The position numbers were made by a program, and so were the translations under genes. A stretch of 5,644 bases of DNA from IMG/VR virus record IMGVR_UViG_3300045988_000393, positions 1 to 5,644 of that record; one strand, given 5' to 3'. How positions within the stretch are numbered: position 1 is the first letter of the stretch; each line of letters begins with the position of its first letter. This document shows, piece after piece, positions 4,834 to 5,644 of this stretch. This DNA comes from a virus. The notes under the pieces are model-generated. The model did not search any database. It was given only the letters and a program-made list of their open reading frames with translations, and was not told the DNA's origin.

Positions 4834-5628
4834 ATGGCATTTTCACTATTATCAGCAATACCAATGATTACAGGCGGTATCAGCGCAGTAAGCGGGCTTG
4901 TATCAAGTGGTGCACAACTGGCAAATGCATTTAAAGGCATGTCAGGCGGCGGGACAAGCTGGAATCAAAGCGGAAACGTCAGCCATGGAGAAAGCGCAAG
5001 CACAGGTGCAAGCGGCGTAGACTACAACGCAGCACAAGCAATGAACACCAATCTATGGAATCAAGCACTTGCAGGACAAAGCGCACAAGCAACACAGAAC
5101 GCAAAAAACAGCATCTATGCGATGGGCTTAAACACCTTAGGAGCAATTACACAGGGCGTATATAACAAAATCTCACAAGATGCAGCCATGAACTACAACT
5201 CAGCAGAAGCGCAAAAAGCTAGAGACTGGTCAGAAAAAATGAGCAATACGGCCTATCAAAGAGCCGTAAAAGACATGAGAGCAGCAGGAATAAACCCAAT
5301 CCTTGCATACACGCAAGGCGGAGCAAGCACGCCAAGCAGTGCACAAGGAACAGTAAGCGCACAGAGTATCAGCGCGCCAAGTGTAGGAACACAATCAAGT
5401 GGAATGCCAACACCACAGCAGCCATTACCGGGATGGAGCAAAACAAAAAGCTGGTCAAAAACAGACTCAAGCGGATACAGCACAGGAGGCAGTACGCAAA
5501 GCTATGGGTCAAAATGGATGGACATACCAAACGGAGAATTTAAAAACTGGTTAAGCGAAGATAAAACATCAGGCTTTAAAGCAGGCGGAGGAAAATCGCA
5601 CGGCGGCGGCGGCGGAAGAAGAAGGTGA
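4834..5628 (+). CDS. VP2: Minor capsid / DNA pilot protein VP2 (phiX174 H analogue), 264 aa.
   Basis: Hydrophobic Gly/Ser/Ala-rich N-terminus (MAFSLLSAIPMITGGISAVSGLV). Conserved core NYNSAEAQKARDWSEKMSNTAYQRAVKDMRAAGINPILAY, typical of gokushovirus VP2. S/T/G/Q-rich remainder. Located immediately downstream of VP1. Confidence 0.85.
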   Translation: MAFSLLSAIPMITGGISAVSGLVSSGAQLANAFKGMSGGGTSWNQSGNVSHGESASTGASGVDYNAAQAMNTNLWNQALAGQSAQATQNAKNSIYAMGLNTLGAITQGVYNKISQDAAMNYNSAEAQKARDWSEKMSNTAYQRAVKDMRAAGINPILAYTQGGASTPSSAQGTVSAQSISAPSVGTQSSGMPTPQQPLPGWSKTKSWSKTDSSGYSTGGSTQSYGSKWMDIPNGEFKNWLSEDKTSGFKAGGGKSHGGGGGRRR

Positions 5629-5644
5629 AAAAATGGGATGCAGT
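5590..5644. repeat. Terminal redundancy, copy 2 (identical to 1-55). It contains the VP2 3' end and the first 12 nt of VP4 (ATG 5633).
   Basis: Exact 55/55 identity with 1-55. Confidence 0.95.

Noticed and set aside
4792-4836. VP1 and VP2 are in the same reading frame, separated by one TAA and 13 sense codons, which could allow a readthrough VP1-VP2 fusion.
   Set aside because: Sharing a frame has a one-in-three chance, and 13 stop-free codons is unremarkable. TAA is the most efficient stop. The spacer holds a terminator-like hairpin and an independent SD and ATG for VP2. Nothing supports programmed readthrough.
696-5483. All minus-strand ORFs in the track: 696..920, 782..988, 1190..1399, 1662..1919, 1774..1992, 2516..2761, 2590..2787, 3279..3467, 3326..3514, 3474..3671, 3869..4096, 4150..4362 and 5256..5483.
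   Set aside because: Each lies antisense to a well-supported + strand gene or to the repeat region. They are short (62-85 aa). They are F/L/C/S-rich, as expected from reading the complement of A/G-rich coding sequence. I saw no SD motifs upstream of them. Microviridae transcribe only one strand.

Overview
The window is one complete, circularly permuted genome of a small ssDNA phage of the family Microviridae, gokushovirus-like, using VP1-VP5 nomenclature. The first 55 nt (1-55) are identical to the last 55 nt (5590-5644). This implies a circular unit of 5,589 nt, with the VP2 gene tail and the VP4 start reading across the junction. All credible genes are on the + strand and tightly packed. 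In order they are: VP4 replication initiator (HUH/Y-x3-Y rolling-circle endonuclease); a ~485-nt non-coding control region; an M15A/LAS-type zinc peptidoglycan peptidase; two small hypothetical ORFs (38 and 75 aa); a 39-aa highly basic J/VP8-like DNA-binding peptide that the supplied ORF track missed; a VP5-like 80-aa protein; VP3 internal scaffold; VP1 major capsid (TTG start); and VP2 pilot/minor capsid. The most unusual content is of three kinds. First, there is a cell-wall peptidase gene in a microvirus, placed first after the only consensus promoter, with no signal peptide or holin visible. Second, the single intergenic region is architecturally rich: a 13-bp-stem hairpin/terminator, a perfect 31-bp tandem duplication carrying GC-rich alternating purine-pyrimidine palindromes, an array of about 10 GT(T/G)(G/A)AAA iteron-like motifs, and a consensus sigma70-type promoter whose -35 box lies inside a 10-bp inverted repeat. 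Third, a GNRA-loop hairpin plus T-tract sits between VP1 and VP2 and separates the VP2 Shine-Dalgarno sequence from its ATG. No tRNA, rRNA, CRISPR array or integrase was seen. All homology statements come from motif recognition by eye, not from searches.
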